A program made the translations under genes and the position numbers. Of a stretch of 64,000 nucleotides of DNA, positions 29,764 to 39,722 are shown piece by piece; position 1 is the stretch's first letter, and every line of letters begins with the position of its first letter. Location: sequence record OZ196285.1. The stretch is one strand, 5' to 3'. The notes below the pieces were generated by a model that was not told the origin of the DNA, ran no database searches, and worked only from the letters and a program-made list of their open reading frames with translations.

Positions 29764-30049
29764 AGAAGACTACGTTTTAAAAGAAGAGTTCAGTGAATTG
29801 GTGCCGCCAATTAAAGGCAGTATCAGGCAACAAATTTCTCTTGACATTGAAGAGATTTACAATAGTTGCCCGGCCACGACTTATCTTGAAGCGTGTTTAT
29901 TCTTTATTGAACAATACGATTACGATATCAGTCGTTTTCCGTATCTGATTAATCAGACGTTGAAAGACAAAATCGAAACTGAGGCGATAAATGAAAAGAC
30001 TATTAGAAGTCGATTTGGTTCTGCCTCAGACTTGGGCAAGTGGGTTTAG
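29750..30049 (+). CDS. 33: Late transcription coactivator
   Basis: TYLEACLFFIE...LKDKIETEA; synteny. Confidence 0.85.
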   Translation: MTMNKEDYVLKEEFSELVPPIKGSIRQQISLDIEEIYNSCPATTYLEACLFFIEQYDYDISRFPYLINQTLKDKIETEAINEKTIRSRFGSASDLGKWV

Positions 30050-30644
30050 TATTTTTCGAGTCTATTGCGCTGTTAAAGCGCATATGGGTGGGAAGTACGA
30101 CATCTCCAAGTACAAACTCGGGATGAAAACACCGCAGTCAGCGTTTGAAAAGCGTAATGACAAAGTGTTTTTTGAACGGCTAGCCAAACGGCTATCATTG
30201 AACGATTGCTACAGATTACTGGTGAGTAATTTAGCAGCGAACCCAAACGCGATTTCTTATGAGATTGCGGGTGCTGACGCGCATGAATTTTGGTTGAAAC
30301 ATACCGGATTTATGGAAATTTACAGTCAACACTACAAAAATGAATTACTCACGATTTTTACTCTTATAAATAGAGAGAATAAGAAATTTAAAGACTTGTT
30401 TAGTGGTGAGGGGCACCCTGTTATAATGCAACTCGTGTTACGAAATACAATCTCAATTGAGACGTTCGTGGTACTAAACAGACTTTTAAACTTCGTCCCG
30501 GTAATCGATAAAGATTACGGTGATGACATCTTTTGGTATGAGTTTCGAACTCGCGTTTTAGCATACGATAAGTTGCTGAAAATCGATGAAAAACTTGCAA
30601 AGGAAATGTTTATTCAAGTTAAAAATCAAAGTAAAATACAATAA
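29991..30644 (+). CDS. 59: Helicase loader
   Basis: YDISKY, FEKRNDKVFFERLA, ISIETFVVL. Confidence 0.9.
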   Translation: MKRLLEVDLVLPQTWASGFSIFRVYCAVKAHMGGKYDISKYKLGMKTPQSAFEKRNDKVFFERLAKRLSLNDCYRLLVSNLAANPNAISYEIAGADAHEFWLKHTGFMEIYSQHYKNELLTIFTLINRENKKFKDLFSGEGHPVIMQLVLRNTISIETFVVLNRLLNFVPVIDKDYGDDIFWYEFRTRVLAYDKLLKIDEKLAKEMFIQVKNQSKIQ

Positions 30645-30695
30645 CACACTATACGATACTATATCACACTATAAAATACAATAGGTAATACAAAA

Positions 30696-31622
30696 ATGAC
30701 TATGTTCAAACGCAAATCTCCAGCAAAACTTCAAGAAAAACTAGAGCAAATGTCTGCTAAAAAGTCGTTCGACAATGCAGATGAGTGGAAACTTTCTACT
30801 GATAAGCTCGGTAATGGTTCTGCGGTGATTCGCTTCCTTCCTGCTAAGACAGACGAAGACCTACCATTCGTAAAAATCTTCACTCACGGTTTCAAAGAAA
30901 ATGGCAACTGGTTCATCGAAGCATGCCCTTCGACTATCGACCAGCCATGCCCTGTTTGTGCTGCAAACGGTGACCTTTGGAAGACTGAGAACGAAGACAA
31001 TCAAAACATTGCACGTAAACGCAAACGCACGCTTTCATACTGGGCAAACATCGTTGTTATCAAAGACGACAAAAACCCTGACAATGTTGGCAAAGTATTC
31101 AAATACCGCTTCGGTAAGAAAATTCTTGACAAAATCACTCAAGCAGCGCAGCCAGATGAAGATCTAGGTCTAGCGGGTATGGACGTGACTTGTGTGTTTG
31201 ACGGTGCAAACTTCAGCTTGAAATCTAAGAAAGTTTCTGGTTTCCCGAACTACGATGACTCGAAATTCGGTGCAGCTTCTGAGCTTTACGACGGTGACGA
31301 AGCGAAGCTTGGTGAAGTTTGGGAAGCAATGCACGATCTTAACAAGATCATCGCGCCATCAGCGTTCAAATCTGAAGGCGACCTGCAAAAACGTTTTCTT
31401 CAAGTAACTGGAGCTGCTGCGCCAAAAGCGTCTGCTGCACAAAATCTTGAAGCACAACTGAACACTTCGGCACCTACACAGCAAAACGCTCCGGCGAAAA
31501 AAGCTGCACCGACTGCTGACTTGTCAGAAGCAAAAGAAGCTGCGCCAGTAGCTGACACTGTGACTGATTCAGTTGATGACGAACTTGACGCGCTACTAGC
31601 TGATCTTGAGTTAGACGAGTAA
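30696..31622 (+). CDS. 32: Single-stranded DNA binding protein
   Basis: MFKRKSPA LAST motif, GSAVIRFLP, zinc-binding CPVC, acidic tail; internal late promoter TATAAATA at 30365-30372. Confidence 0.97.
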   Translation: MTMFKRKSPAKLQEKLEQMSAKKSFDNADEWKLSTDKLGNGSAVIRFLPAKTDEDLPFVKIFTHGFKENGNWFIEACPSTIDQPCPVCAANGDLWKTENEDNQNIARKRKRTLSYWANIVVIKDDKNPDNVGKVFKYRFGKKILDKITQAAQPDEDLGLAGMDVTCVFDGANFSLKSKKVSGFPNYDDSKFGAASELYDGDEAKLGEVWEAMHDLNKIIAPSAFKSEGDLQKRFLQVTGAAAPKASAAQNLEAQLNTSAPTQQNAPAKKAAPTADLSEAKEAAPVADTVTDSVDDELDALLADLELDE

Positions 31623-31629
31623 GAATGGT

Positions 31630-31650
31630 GAGGGGCGTTAATCGCCCCTT
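31630..31650 (+). terminator. Terminator after gene 32
   Basis: GGGGCG-TTAAT-CGCCCC-TTT. Confidence 0.7.
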
Positions 31651-31669
31651 TGTTCTCTTGGAGACGCGA

Positions 31670-32215
31670 ATGAAAGTTCAAATCGTTTTTGCTCATGCTA
31701 TGAGTAAATCCCATCACGCTCCGTTCGGCAATAATAACGCATTACCTTGGAAACACAACAAAGAAGACCTTGATTTTTTCAAGCATGTGACTTCAGACGG
31801 TGTTCTAGTAATGGGTTCTAAGACTTTCGAGTCATTGCCTTGCAAACTACCTAATCGCCCTCATATCGTTCTCAGTCGCACAAATACAGCGACGGCAAAA
31901 AACGGTGAACGAGCAGACTTCTATACCTCTCTTCCGATCAAAGAACTCATCGAACACATTACAGATGTGTATCAAGACGACTTTGACAAGATAAGTTTTA
32001 TAGGTGGTCCCGAAGTGATATATTCAGCATTGCCTTTTGCAAGCTGTCTATATAAAAGTACGATTGCTGAAAGAGATAGAGACGTTGAATACGACGTGAC
32101 TATCGATTTAATCGCAATCTTTTTAAAATTTCCGATTCGGGAAACTATTGACACAAAAGAGTGCAGAAATGGCTCTGTGCTATTCATTGAGAAGTTAACT
32201 AAAGGTGACTTATGA
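31670..32215 (+). CDS. frd: Dihydrofolate reductase
   Basis: LPW..KEDL..FK, VMGSKTFESLP..LPNR, IGGPEV. Confidence 0.93.
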   Translation: MKVQIVFAHAMSKSHHAPFGNNNALPWKHNKEDLDFFKHVTSDGVLVMGSKTFESLPCKLPNRPHIVLSRTNTATAKNGERADFYTSLPIKELIEHITDVYQDDFDKISFIGGPEVIYSALPFASCLYKSTIAERDRDVEYDVTIDLIAIFLKFPIRETIDTKECRNGSVLFIEKLTKGDL

Positions 32216-32952
32216 TTTTTAAAAATAATGTGGGATGGTACGCAGGCGCAGGTTCTGTTCGTCATGACTTTTACATCAACGGCCCTATCGAAGAGCCAAG
32301 TGATTATGACGAAATGTTGCAGATTTTAAATACTGCTTCAGAGACAGACGCGATCTACCTGCACATCAATACACCCGGTGGTAACTTCGCTGCGGCATGT
32401 CAAATCTGTGATGCAATTATGCAATCAAAAGCAGGTGCGATCATTGCGTGTGCAGAAGGGGAAGTATGCAGTGCGGGTACAATGATTTTCTTAGCTTGTA
32501 GTGGATGGCACGTAAGCCCGTTTGCTACATTCATGTTCCATACGTCAAGCGGCTATCACGGTGGTAAAATGCCGGATGGATTGAAACAAGCGAAAGCGCA
32601 CGAAGAGCACTTGAACCGCGTTGCGGGTCTGCTTTACACGCCTTTCTTTGATGACGACGAAGTTCATGACATCATCAACAACAACCAGGACGTTTGGCTA
32701 ACGCCTGAAGAAGTTACTGTTCGCTTACAAGCAATGGCAGAACGATTCGAGGCTGAGTTGAAAGAAGCTGAAGCAGCAATGCAAGCAGAAGCTCAGGCAG
32801 CACTTGACGAGCAGATTGCAGAGCGCGTAGCAGCCGGTGTTGAAGCAGCATTGGCGGCCCTTGAAGCTGACGACGATCTCGACGAGATTGAAGAAGTTGA
32901 AGAAGTTGAAGAAGTTGAAGAAGTTGAAGACGACAGCAACGACAAATCATAG
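32212..32952 (+). CDS. ClpP-like serine protease with an acidic C-terminal tail
   Basis: HINTPGG, CSAGTMIFLA, FMFH, DVWLTPEE; tail contains (GAAGAAGTT)x4 at 32890-32925. Confidence 0.85.
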   Translation: MIFKNNVGWYAGAGSVRHDFYINGPIEEPSDYDEMLQILNTASETDAIYLHINTPGGNFAAACQICDAIMQSKAGAIIACAEGEVCSAGTMIFLACSGWHVSPFATFMFHTSSGYHGGKMPDGLKQAKAHEEHLNRVAGLLYTPFFDDDEVHDIINNNQDVWLTPEEVTVRLQAMAERFEAELKEAEAAMQAEAQAALDEQIAERVAAGVEAALAALEADDDLDEIEEVEEVEEVEEVEDDSNDKS

Positions 32953-33015
32953 TAAAAACGGTTCGTGAAATAAATGGGTAGCTGCTGCTGCCCATTAACA
33001 GTTATAAGGTAAAAT

Positions 33016-34116
33016 ATGTCAGAATTATTAAAATCTTTGAAGAAGTCTAGCACTGCGGGTTACGCACATGTTCTTTCAGAGAGTGGTTTTATGTATGAGA
33101 AAGATCATACTCGTACACATGTTCCAGCGATCAATATCGCTTTTTCTGGTGAAGTAGACGGCGGTTTAACGTCTGGTCTTACTGTGCTTGCGGGCCCATC
33201 AAAACACTTCAAATCAAACTTAGGTCTTGTTGGCGTCGCTGCGTATCTCAAGAAGTATCCGAATGCAATGTGTGTGTTCATCGATACCGAGTTTGGTATC
33301 ACGCCAGCCTATCTAGAAGCTCAAGGCGTAAATCCCGATAGAGTGCTTCACATTCAGTGTGAATCGGTAGAGCGAATGAAATTCGAAATGGCGAATCAAC
33401 TAAAAGCATTGAACGAACGTAAGAAAGCGATGAAAAAAGGCGATGAGCCAGACCGCGTTGTGTTCTTCATTGACTCAGTTGGTAACGTTGCATCAGCTAA
33501 AGAAATCGACGATGCGCAGAACGAAAAATCTGTTGCAGATATGACGCGTGCTAAACAGTTGAAATCACTGTTCCGCATCATCACGCCGTATTTCACAATG
33601 CTTGACATCCCGTGTATTGCGATTAACCATACGTATGAGACGCAAGAAATGTACTCGAAGACAGTAATGTCGGGGGGTACTGGTATTATGTACTCTGCTG
33701 ATACGGTAATCATCTTGGGCAAGCAGCAAGAAAAAGACGGTAAAGAGATCGTCGGCTATCACTTCATCATGAACATCGAGAAGTCTCGTTTCGTTAAAGA
33801 GAAGCGTAAGATTCCTTTGAGTGTGACGTATGAGAAGGGCATCAACCCGTTCTCTGGTCTACTTGAGATTGCACTCGACACGGGTCATCTTGTCAAACCG
33901 TCAAACGGTTGGTATCAGCGTTCGTTCGTTGACATGGAGACGGGTGAACAGACTGTCGAAGAAAAGAAATGGCGTGCGAAGGAAACTGAAAATGTCGCTT
34001 TCTGGAAGCCTATAATTAATGATGAGTCTTTCAAAGAAGGAGTTCGTCGCAAATTCTGCCTTGGACAACTTAGTCTTGATGACTTGAATGAAGAAGTCGA
34101 AAGCTTATTTGATTAA
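33016..34116 (+). CDS. uvsX: RecA-like recombinase
   Basis: AGPSKHFKS, DTEFG, MSGGTGIMYSAD. Confidence 0.97.
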   Translation: MSELLKSLKKSSTAGYAHVLSESGFMYEKDHTRTHVPAINIAFSGEVDGGLTSGLTVLAGPSKHFKSNLGLVGVAAYLKKYPNAMCVFIDTEFGITPAYLEAQGVNPDRVLHIQCESVERMKFEMANQLKALNERKKAMKKGDEPDRVVFFIDSVGNVASAKEIDDAQNEKSVADMTRAKQLKSLFRIITPYFTMLDIPCIAINHTYETQEMYSKTVMSGGTGIMYSADTVIILGKQQEKDGKEIVGYHFIMNIEKSRFVKEKRKIPLSVTYEKGINPFSGLLEIALDTGHLVKPSNGWYQRSFVDMETGEQTVEEKKWRAKETENVAFWKPIINDESFKEGVRRKFCLGQLSLDDLNEEVESLFD

Positions 34117-34122
34117 TTAAAT

Positions 34123-34145
34123 AACCGCCTTCGGGCGGTTTTTTT
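34123..34145 (+). terminator. Intrinsic terminator
   Basis: AACCGCC-TTCG-GGCGGTT-T tract. Confidence 0.88.
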
Positions 34146-34159
34146 GTGGGAAATACTCT

Positions 34160-34459
34160 ATGACACCAAATGCAGTAAAAGAACTCGTTACTGAGATCAA
34201 CGAAAAAGTGAAATTTAGCATACTAATTGACGATGTGGAAGTTTATGTGACCGACATTATCGTTGATAATAACGATAGACTTAAAGTTGAGTTCGTTACT
34301 CAACACCCTGAGCGTGAAGACGAAATTCGTCCTCATGTAGAGGCATGCATTATGAAACTTATTAGTGAAGAACAGAAAAACGAGGAACAAACAACATGCA
34401 AATCGAACTCTCGATTTTCTCAAATCTGGTCGGTAATCAAGAATACTTTGCGACCGTAA
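34160..34459 (+). CDS. 40: Head vertex assembly chaperone
   Basis: IRPHVEACIMKLI motif; uvsX-40-41 synteny. Confidence 0.8.
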   Translation: MTPNAVKELVTEINEKVKFSILIDDVEVYVTDIIVDNNDRLKVEFVTQHPEREDEIRPHVEACIMKLISEEQKNEEQTTCKSNSRFSQIWSVIKNTLRP

Positions 34460-35799
34460 TTCAACATCTTAAAGTAGAGTATTTCCCGACAACAGCTCAA
34501 CAACACATATTCACGATGATCAAAGATCATGCCGATGAGTACAAGCGTAGAGCGACGCCAGAAGTGTTGAAAGTTAGTCTAGAGTCTATGACTGGTATTA
34601 GTGAATACGACTATGGCGAAATGCAGCAAATTGTCGAAGGACTCGACTTAAACCCTAATCAAGATTTACGTTGGTTAGTTGATGAGACGGAAAAATACTG
34701 TATTGAGCAAAGTACGTTCAATGCACTGACCGAAGCACTTGCGATTCAAGAGAACGCATCGAAGCCGTTTGATCAGCGAAACAAACGAATGAAGCCGATT
34801 GGGGCAATTCCCGATTTGATGCGTGAAGCACTTGCAGTCTGTTTCGATACGTCAGTTGGTCACGATTACTTTGAAGATTGGGAGCCGCGATACAAGTCGT
34901 ACATTGAAAAGGCAGCTAAATTGCCATTCAAGATGAACATTCTCAATAAGATTACTCAAGGTGGTATCGAGCGAAGCACTCTAAATCTTCTTCTAGCGGG
35001 TTCTAACGTAGGTAAATCACTTGCGTTGTGTCACTTAGCGACTGAATACTTACTACAGGGCTACAACGTTCTATACATCAGTATGGAAATGAGTGAAGCA
35101 GCCGTATCGAAGCGTATTGATGCCAACTTAATGGACATCAGTATGGATGACTTCGATACGATAACAGAAAAGTCGTACGGCACGAAAATTCAGAACCTGT
35201 CGAAGAAAACGCAAGGCAAGTTATTTGTCAAGCAATTCCCGACAGCAGGCGCGAACGTCACGCACTTCAATGCTCTTATGCATGAGCTACGAACGAAGAA
35301 AGACGTTGTACCTGACATCGTTATTATCGATTACCTGGGTATCTGTGCATCATCGCGTGTAGCAAGCTCAGAAAACACATATGTTCACGTTAAAGCGATT
35401 GCCGAAGAGATTCGTGGTTTCGCGGTTGAACACAACGTTGGCGTTTGGTCTGCTGCACAGACAACACGTTCAGCGTGGGATGCTTCAGACATGGGTATGG
35501 GAGACATTGCAGAATCTGCGGGTCTTGCTCATACAGCCGATTTGATTCTCGGTATCATGGAAACTGAAGAAACGGTTGCACTCGGACAGCAGCGTGTCAA
35601 ACAAATCAAGTCACGTTATGCAGATCGAAATCACGATCAAACGTTCATGATTGCAGTAAACAAAGGCAAACAAAGATGGGGTGATGTAGATGGCACAGCG
35701 AACTATGCAGCGCCTGCGACAGCACAAGCGAAATCAGCGTCTCCTTTCGGTCAAAAGAAAGAACAGACGCCTGAAAAGACAGAGGCGGTAAATTGGTAG
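34396..35799 (+). CDS. 41: Replicative DnaB-like helicase
   Basis: AGSNVGKS, IIDYLGI, AESAGL, KQIKSRY. Confidence 0.97.
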   Translation: MQIELSIFSNLVGNQEYFATVIQHLKVEYFPTTAQQHIFTMIKDHADEYKRRATPEVLKVSLESMTGISEYDYGEMQQIVEGLDLNPNQDLRWLVDETEKYCIEQSTFNALTEALAIQENASKPFDQRNKRMKPIGAIPDLMREALAVCFDTSVGHDYFEDWEPRYKSYIEKAAKLPFKMNILNKITQGGIERSTLNLLLAGSNVGKSLALCHLATEYLLQGYNVLYISMEMSEAAVSKRIDANLMDISMDDFDTITEKSYGTKIQNLSKKTQGKLFVKQFPTAGANVTHFNALMHELRTKKDVVPDIVIIDYLGICASSRVASSENTYVHVKAIAEEIRGFAVEHNVGVWSAAQTTRSAWDASDMGMGDIAESAGLAHTADLILGIMETEETVALGQQRVKQIKSRYADRNHDQTFMIAVNKGKQRWGDVDGTANYAAPATAQAKSASPFGQKKEQTPEKTEAVNW

Positions 35800-36044
35800 A
35801 GATCATTGGCTCTAAGTATTGTCTAGCTTGTGTGCGCGTGTACACAAAGCTAGACCGTGCGAATCGAGCGTATAAATTTTATGACGCATTCGCCGTCGGT
35901 GAAAACGAGCGATATCAGCAATTGTTGAAAATTGCAGAAGAAGATGGGTATACTCATCATCCGATTGGGTTTATTAATGGCGAGTGCATTGGCGACGGCG
36001 TAAGTATATTGAGTCGTTTTGAAACATTTTATGAAGAGAGTTAA
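35793..36044 (+). CDS. Glutaredoxin-like protein
   Basis: CLAC, HPIGFINGECIG; TTG start; upstream of nrdD. Confidence 0.7.
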   Translation: MVEIIGSKYCLACVRVYTKLDRANRAYKFYDAFAVGENERYQQLLKIAEEDGYTHHPIGFINGECIGDGVSILSRFETFYEES

Positions 36045-37880
36045 ATGAAAGACGAAATTTTAGACATTGTAAGTGGTTCCGGTAAAAACAAAGAGAACGC
36101 GAACAAGGATTCGAAAGTAATCCCGACTATGCGTGATCTTGTGGCTGGCACAGTGTCGAAGCAATATGCACTTGAATACTTATTGCCTGAGCACATTGCA
36201 TCAGCACACATCGACGGTGATATTCACTTTCACGACTTAGATTACAGCCCGCTGTTCCCGCAATTCAATTGCATGATCATCGACATCAAGGGTATGTTCG
36301 ACGGTGGCTTTAAAATGGGTAACGCTGAGATTGAAGAGCCGAACAGCATCGCTACAGCAGCGACAATCGTAACTCAAGTTATTCAGCAAGTATCGAGTCA
36401 CATCTATGGCGGCAATACAATCAATCGAATTGATGAAGTGCTTGCACCGTATGTTCGAAAATCGTACTACAAATGGCTAGAGGTTGGTCGAGAAGAACAT
36501 CCCGAATCAGACTCGAAAGCTGCTATCTTCGCCCGTAAGCGCGTTGAGAAAGAAACGTATGATGCGTTTCAGACGTTTGAGTATCAAGTCAACACTATGC
36601 AGACATCGAATGGTCAGACGCCGTTCACGACTGTTAACTTTGGTCTAGGCACATCATGGGAAGAAAAGCTAATTCAAAAAAGCATTCTTCAAAATCGCAT
36701 CGCGGGTCTTGGCAAAACTAAGAAAACAGCAATCTTCCCTAAGCTTGTGTTCAGCTTGAAAGATGGTGTCAACTTGAAAGAAGGCGACCCGTGTTACGGC
36801 ATTAAGAAACTCGCTCTTGAGTGTGCAAGCAAACGCATGTACCCTGACATTCTGAACTACGAACGCTTAGTCGAAACGACTGGCGGTTTCAAATCGCCAA
36901 TGGGTTGTCGCTCGTTCTTGAATGATTGGGAAAACGAAGATGGTGAAATCGTATACGATGGTCGTAACAATCTAGGTGTCGTGTCAATCAACGTTCCTCG
37001 AATCGCGATTGAAGCTTCAGGCAATCTTGAACGCTTCTTTGAAATTCTACATGAACGCTGTGAACTGGCATACGAAGCTCTCATGCTGCGTATAGCGCGT
37101 TTCGATGACGTTAAAGCATCAGTTGCACCGATTCTGTACTGCGAGGGCGCTATGGGCGTACGCTTGAAACCTGACGATAACGTAAGTGAGATCTTCAAAA
37201 ACGGTTTCTCAAGTATTTCGCTTGGTTACATCGGCTTGCATGAGGCAGTAACGCTTCTATCGCACGACAAGACGCAGCACACGTTTGAGTCACAGCACAA
37301 GCAGTTCTTGGCTGAAAAGATTGTTGAGACGCTTCGCAAGTACACTGACACGTGGAAAGAACTTACTGGCTACGGTTTCAGCTTGTACAGCACGCCAAGT
37401 GAATCGCTTTGTGATCGTTTCTGTCGTCTTGATCAAGACAAGTATGGTACTATCACAGGTATCAACGACAAAGACTATTACACGAACTCGTTCCATCTTG
37501 ACGTTTACAAGCAAGTGAATCCGTTCGAGAAGATTGACTTTGAAGCTCCGTTCCCTGCACATGCCAGTGGCGGCTTTATCTGTTACTCAGAGTTCCCGAA
37601 CATGCGAGACAACTTGAAAGGTCTTGAGCGCGTGTGGGATTATGCTCACAGCAAAGTTGCATATTTCGGCACTAACACGCCAATCGATGAATGTCATTGT
37701 GGTTGGAAAGGCGAAGCGAACACTGACTCAATCGGGTATTCATGTCCCGTGTGTGATGAACGCGACCCTGAGAAGCTTCACGTGACTCGTCGAGTCTGCG
37801 GCTATCTCGGTAACCCGGGTGCTCGTGGTTGGAATCACGGCAAGACAGTTGAAATGAATAATCGAGTGAAACACCAATAA
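36045..37880 (+). CDS. nrdD: Anaerobic (class III) ribonucleotide reductase, no ATP cone
   Basis: MGCRSFL, GRNNLGVVSIN, RRVCGYLG glycyl-radical motif. Confidence 0.96.
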   Translation: MKDEILDIVSGSGKNKENANKDSKVIPTMRDLVAGTVSKQYALEYLLPEHIASAHIDGDIHFHDLDYSPLFPQFNCMIIDIKGMFDGGFKMGNAEIEEPNSIATAATIVTQVIQQVSSHIYGGNTINRIDEVLAPYVRKSYYKWLEVGREEHPESDSKAAIFARKRVEKETYDAFQTFEYQVNTMQTSNGQTPFTTVNFGLGTSWEEKLIQKSILQNRIAGLGKTKKTAIFPKLVFSLKDGVNLKEGDPCYGIKKLALECASKRMYPDILNYERLVETTGGFKSPMGCRSFLNDWENEDGEIVYDGRNNLGVVSINVPRIAIEASGNLERFFEILHERCELAYEALMLRIARFDDVKASVAPILYCEGAMGVRLKPDDNVSEIFKNGFSSISLGYIGLHEAVTLLSHDKTQHTFESQHKQFLAEKIVETLRKYTDTWKELTGYGFSLYSTPSESLCDRFCRLDQDKYGTITGINDKDYYTNSFHLDVYKQVNPFEKIDFEAPFPAHASGGFICYSEFPNMRDNLKGLERVWDYAHSKVAYFGTNTPIDECHCGWKGEANTDSIGYSCPVCDERDPEKLHVTRRVCGYLGNPGARGWNHGKTVEMNNRVKHQ

Positions 37881-37881
37881 G

Positions 37882-37905
37882 AAAAGCGCCTTCGGGCGCT
37901 TTTTT
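37882..37905 (+). terminator. Intrinsic terminator
   Basis: AAAAGCGCC-TTCG-GGCGCTTTTTT. Confidence 0.9.
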
Positions 37906-37925
37906 CGTTTTAAATGAAAAAGTGG

Positions 37926-37954
37926 TTGCGCTGAATATCGAATACGCGTAGTAT
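37926..37954 (+). promoter_or_regulatory. Early promoter
   Basis: GG-TTGCGC-17-TAGTAT then ATCGCAACGAAGC and a GAGAGAATATTATG RBS. Confidence 0.75.
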
Positions 37955-37994
37955 TAACTCATCGCAACGAAGCGACCAACTAAGAGAGAATATT

Positions 37995-38408
37995 ATGAAC
38001 TACATCAACTTGACTACGCTATCTGTTCTAAACTTTGAAGACGCGCAAATCTCAATTGCAAACGGTCACGAAGTTGAATCACGATGGGATTGGAAAACAC
38101 TTGAGCGTGTTACTGAAGTTTGCAACATGCTTGACCAAGAGCTTTACATGGTTGAGGATTCTGGTGATGGCTGTTCACCGCGCTTCGATATCGTTCGTAA
38201 GCCTCGCGTTGGTGACAAAGTGAGCTACTGTTTCAACGGCGATTCTCGCCCTGACGGTGAAATCAAGAGCATTTCTAAGACAATGAAGCTAATCACAACG
38301 ACTACTGGTAGCAAATACTACCGTCGCGGTGAGTCTGCAACTTGGAAACGTCACGGTACATGGTCGCTTTCATTCGGTCACAATCACACGACTAACGAGG
38401 AATTCTAA
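37995..38408 (+). CDS. Early hypothetical protein
   Basis: Strong RBS, first gene after the promoter. Confidence 0.75.
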   Translation: MNYINLTTLSVLNFEDAQISIANGHEVESRWDWKTLERVTEVCNMLDQELYMVEDSGDGCSPRFDIVRKPRVGDKVSYCFNGDSRPDGEIKSISKTMKLITTTTGSKYYRRGESATWKRHGTWSLSFGHNHTTNEEF

Positions 38409-38665
38409 TGAGCAGACCACTATTTTTGTTCCCTGTAATCGCAGCAGTGTTATTTGGTGCTATTATTTTCATCGTGTATCAAGATGAGCAAGCATCGCGT
38501 GAAGCGCCTTTCGACTCAACGAAAACTGAAGTCATTCACCCTAGAAGCAACTTTCAGATCGATAAGATGTGTCTCGATGGTGTGCTGTATTGGGACGGGT
38601 ATCGAGTTCTAACGCCAGTGATTGACGCTGAAACACTAACATTTACTAGATGTGAGGCAGAATAA
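38408..38665 (+). CDS. Hypothetical membrane-anchored protein
   Basis: N-terminal hydrophobic helix, two Cys. Confidence 0.7.
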   Translation: MSRPLFLFPVIAAVLFGAIIFIVYQDEQASREAPFDSTKTEVIHPRSNFQIDKMCLDGVLYWDGYRVLTPVIDAETLTFTRCEAE

Positions 38666-39258
38666 TGCCAATATATTTCCCTGAAAATGTCAAAAAGTAC
38701 AAAGATGAGACTCGTCAAGTTGAAGCAGGTGATCAACTTGTTCTGCAATATAGCATTGGTACGTCACTAACGACTGCTGTTACTCTGAGAGTGGTCGAAG
38801 ACACCAAAGAACATGCGATATTTCTAGCGATAGACCACAAAAACGGTACGTCATTCTTTCATAACAAGACTGCAAACGAGTTCTATCGCAACGGTATGCG
38901 TGTAGATATTCACGGTGTTCATGTGTATGGTCACGACTGTGAAATCGAGTTCGATGAAAACTTCAACATGGTGACCACTGTTCAAGTCGCAGCCGACGAA
39001 GAAACAATGTATCGAAAAGTTCGAGCTGACGACGTGGTTAAGGTTCAACATCATGGTGATCCTGTGGTATGGGATGGTAAGTGTATTTTTGTAAGCTCTG
39101 ACTGTATTGTTGTGGTGAGTCAAAATATCCCATTCACGTTTTCTCGCCCTGCTTTACTGAAGAAATATTTCGTACACGACTCTAGTGGTAATAATGGTGC
39201 TCGTATTGCTCAAGATCTTTTTGTTGGTATCCCACGAGCAGGTTCGGTATTAGAATGA
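38665..39258 (+). CDS. Hypothetical protein
   Basis: Stop/start-coupled ORF. Confidence 0.7.
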   Translation: MPIYFPENVKKYKDETRQVEAGDQLVLQYSIGTSLTTAVTLRVVEDTKEHAIFLAIDHKNGTSFFHNKTANEFYRNGMRVDIHGVHVYGHDCEIEFDENFNMVTTVQVAADEETMYRKVRADDVVKVQHHGDPVVWDGKCIFVSSDCIVVVSQNIPFTFSRPALLKKYFVHDSSGNNGARIAQDLFVGIPRAGSVLE

Positions 39259-39722
39259 AGTATCAGAAAATAAACGAAGTTGACTTCGCAAACGGCGAGG
39301 GTGTTCGATTGAGCATCTTCGTTTCTGGCTGTGAGCATCGCTGTGCGGGCTGCTACAACGAATCGACGTGGGATGCGAACGATGGTATCGATTTCACGGA
39401 AGACACGCTCAGAGACATTCTGACGAGCTTAGAGAATCACGACGGTCTGAGTCTATCGGGTGGTGACCCTCTTCATCCGCAAAACCGCGACACCATTCTT
39501 GAGATCTGCAAAGCTGCAAAAGCACGCTACCCTGACAAAGATATTTGGCTTTGGAGTGGTTATAAGCTAAAAGCTGTTTATCATCTTGAAATTATGAATT
39601 ATATTGATGTCTTCATCGACGGGAAATATAAACGTCATCAGCCTACCATGAAAGCATGGCGAGGTTCTGAAAATCAAATCATGTATAGGAGAGTAGACGA
39701 TGAGTTGCGTCTGGATCACTAG
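39255..39722 (+). CDS. nrdG: Class III RNR activase (radical SAM)
   Basis: FVSGCEHRCAGCYN, SLSGGDPL, IDGKY. Confidence 0.95.
   Translation: MKYQKINEVDFANGEGVRLSIFVSGCEHRCAGCYNESTWDANDGIDFTEDTLRDILTSLENHDGLSLSGGDPLHPQNRDTILEICKAAKARYPDKDIWLWSGYKLKAVYHLEIMNYIDVFIDGKYKRHQPTMKAWRGSENQIMYRRVDDELRLDH

Noticed and set aside
32890-32925. (GAAGAAGTT)x4 as a phase-variation switch
   Set aside because: The unit is a multiple of three at the extreme C-terminus, so slippage would only change acidic tail length.
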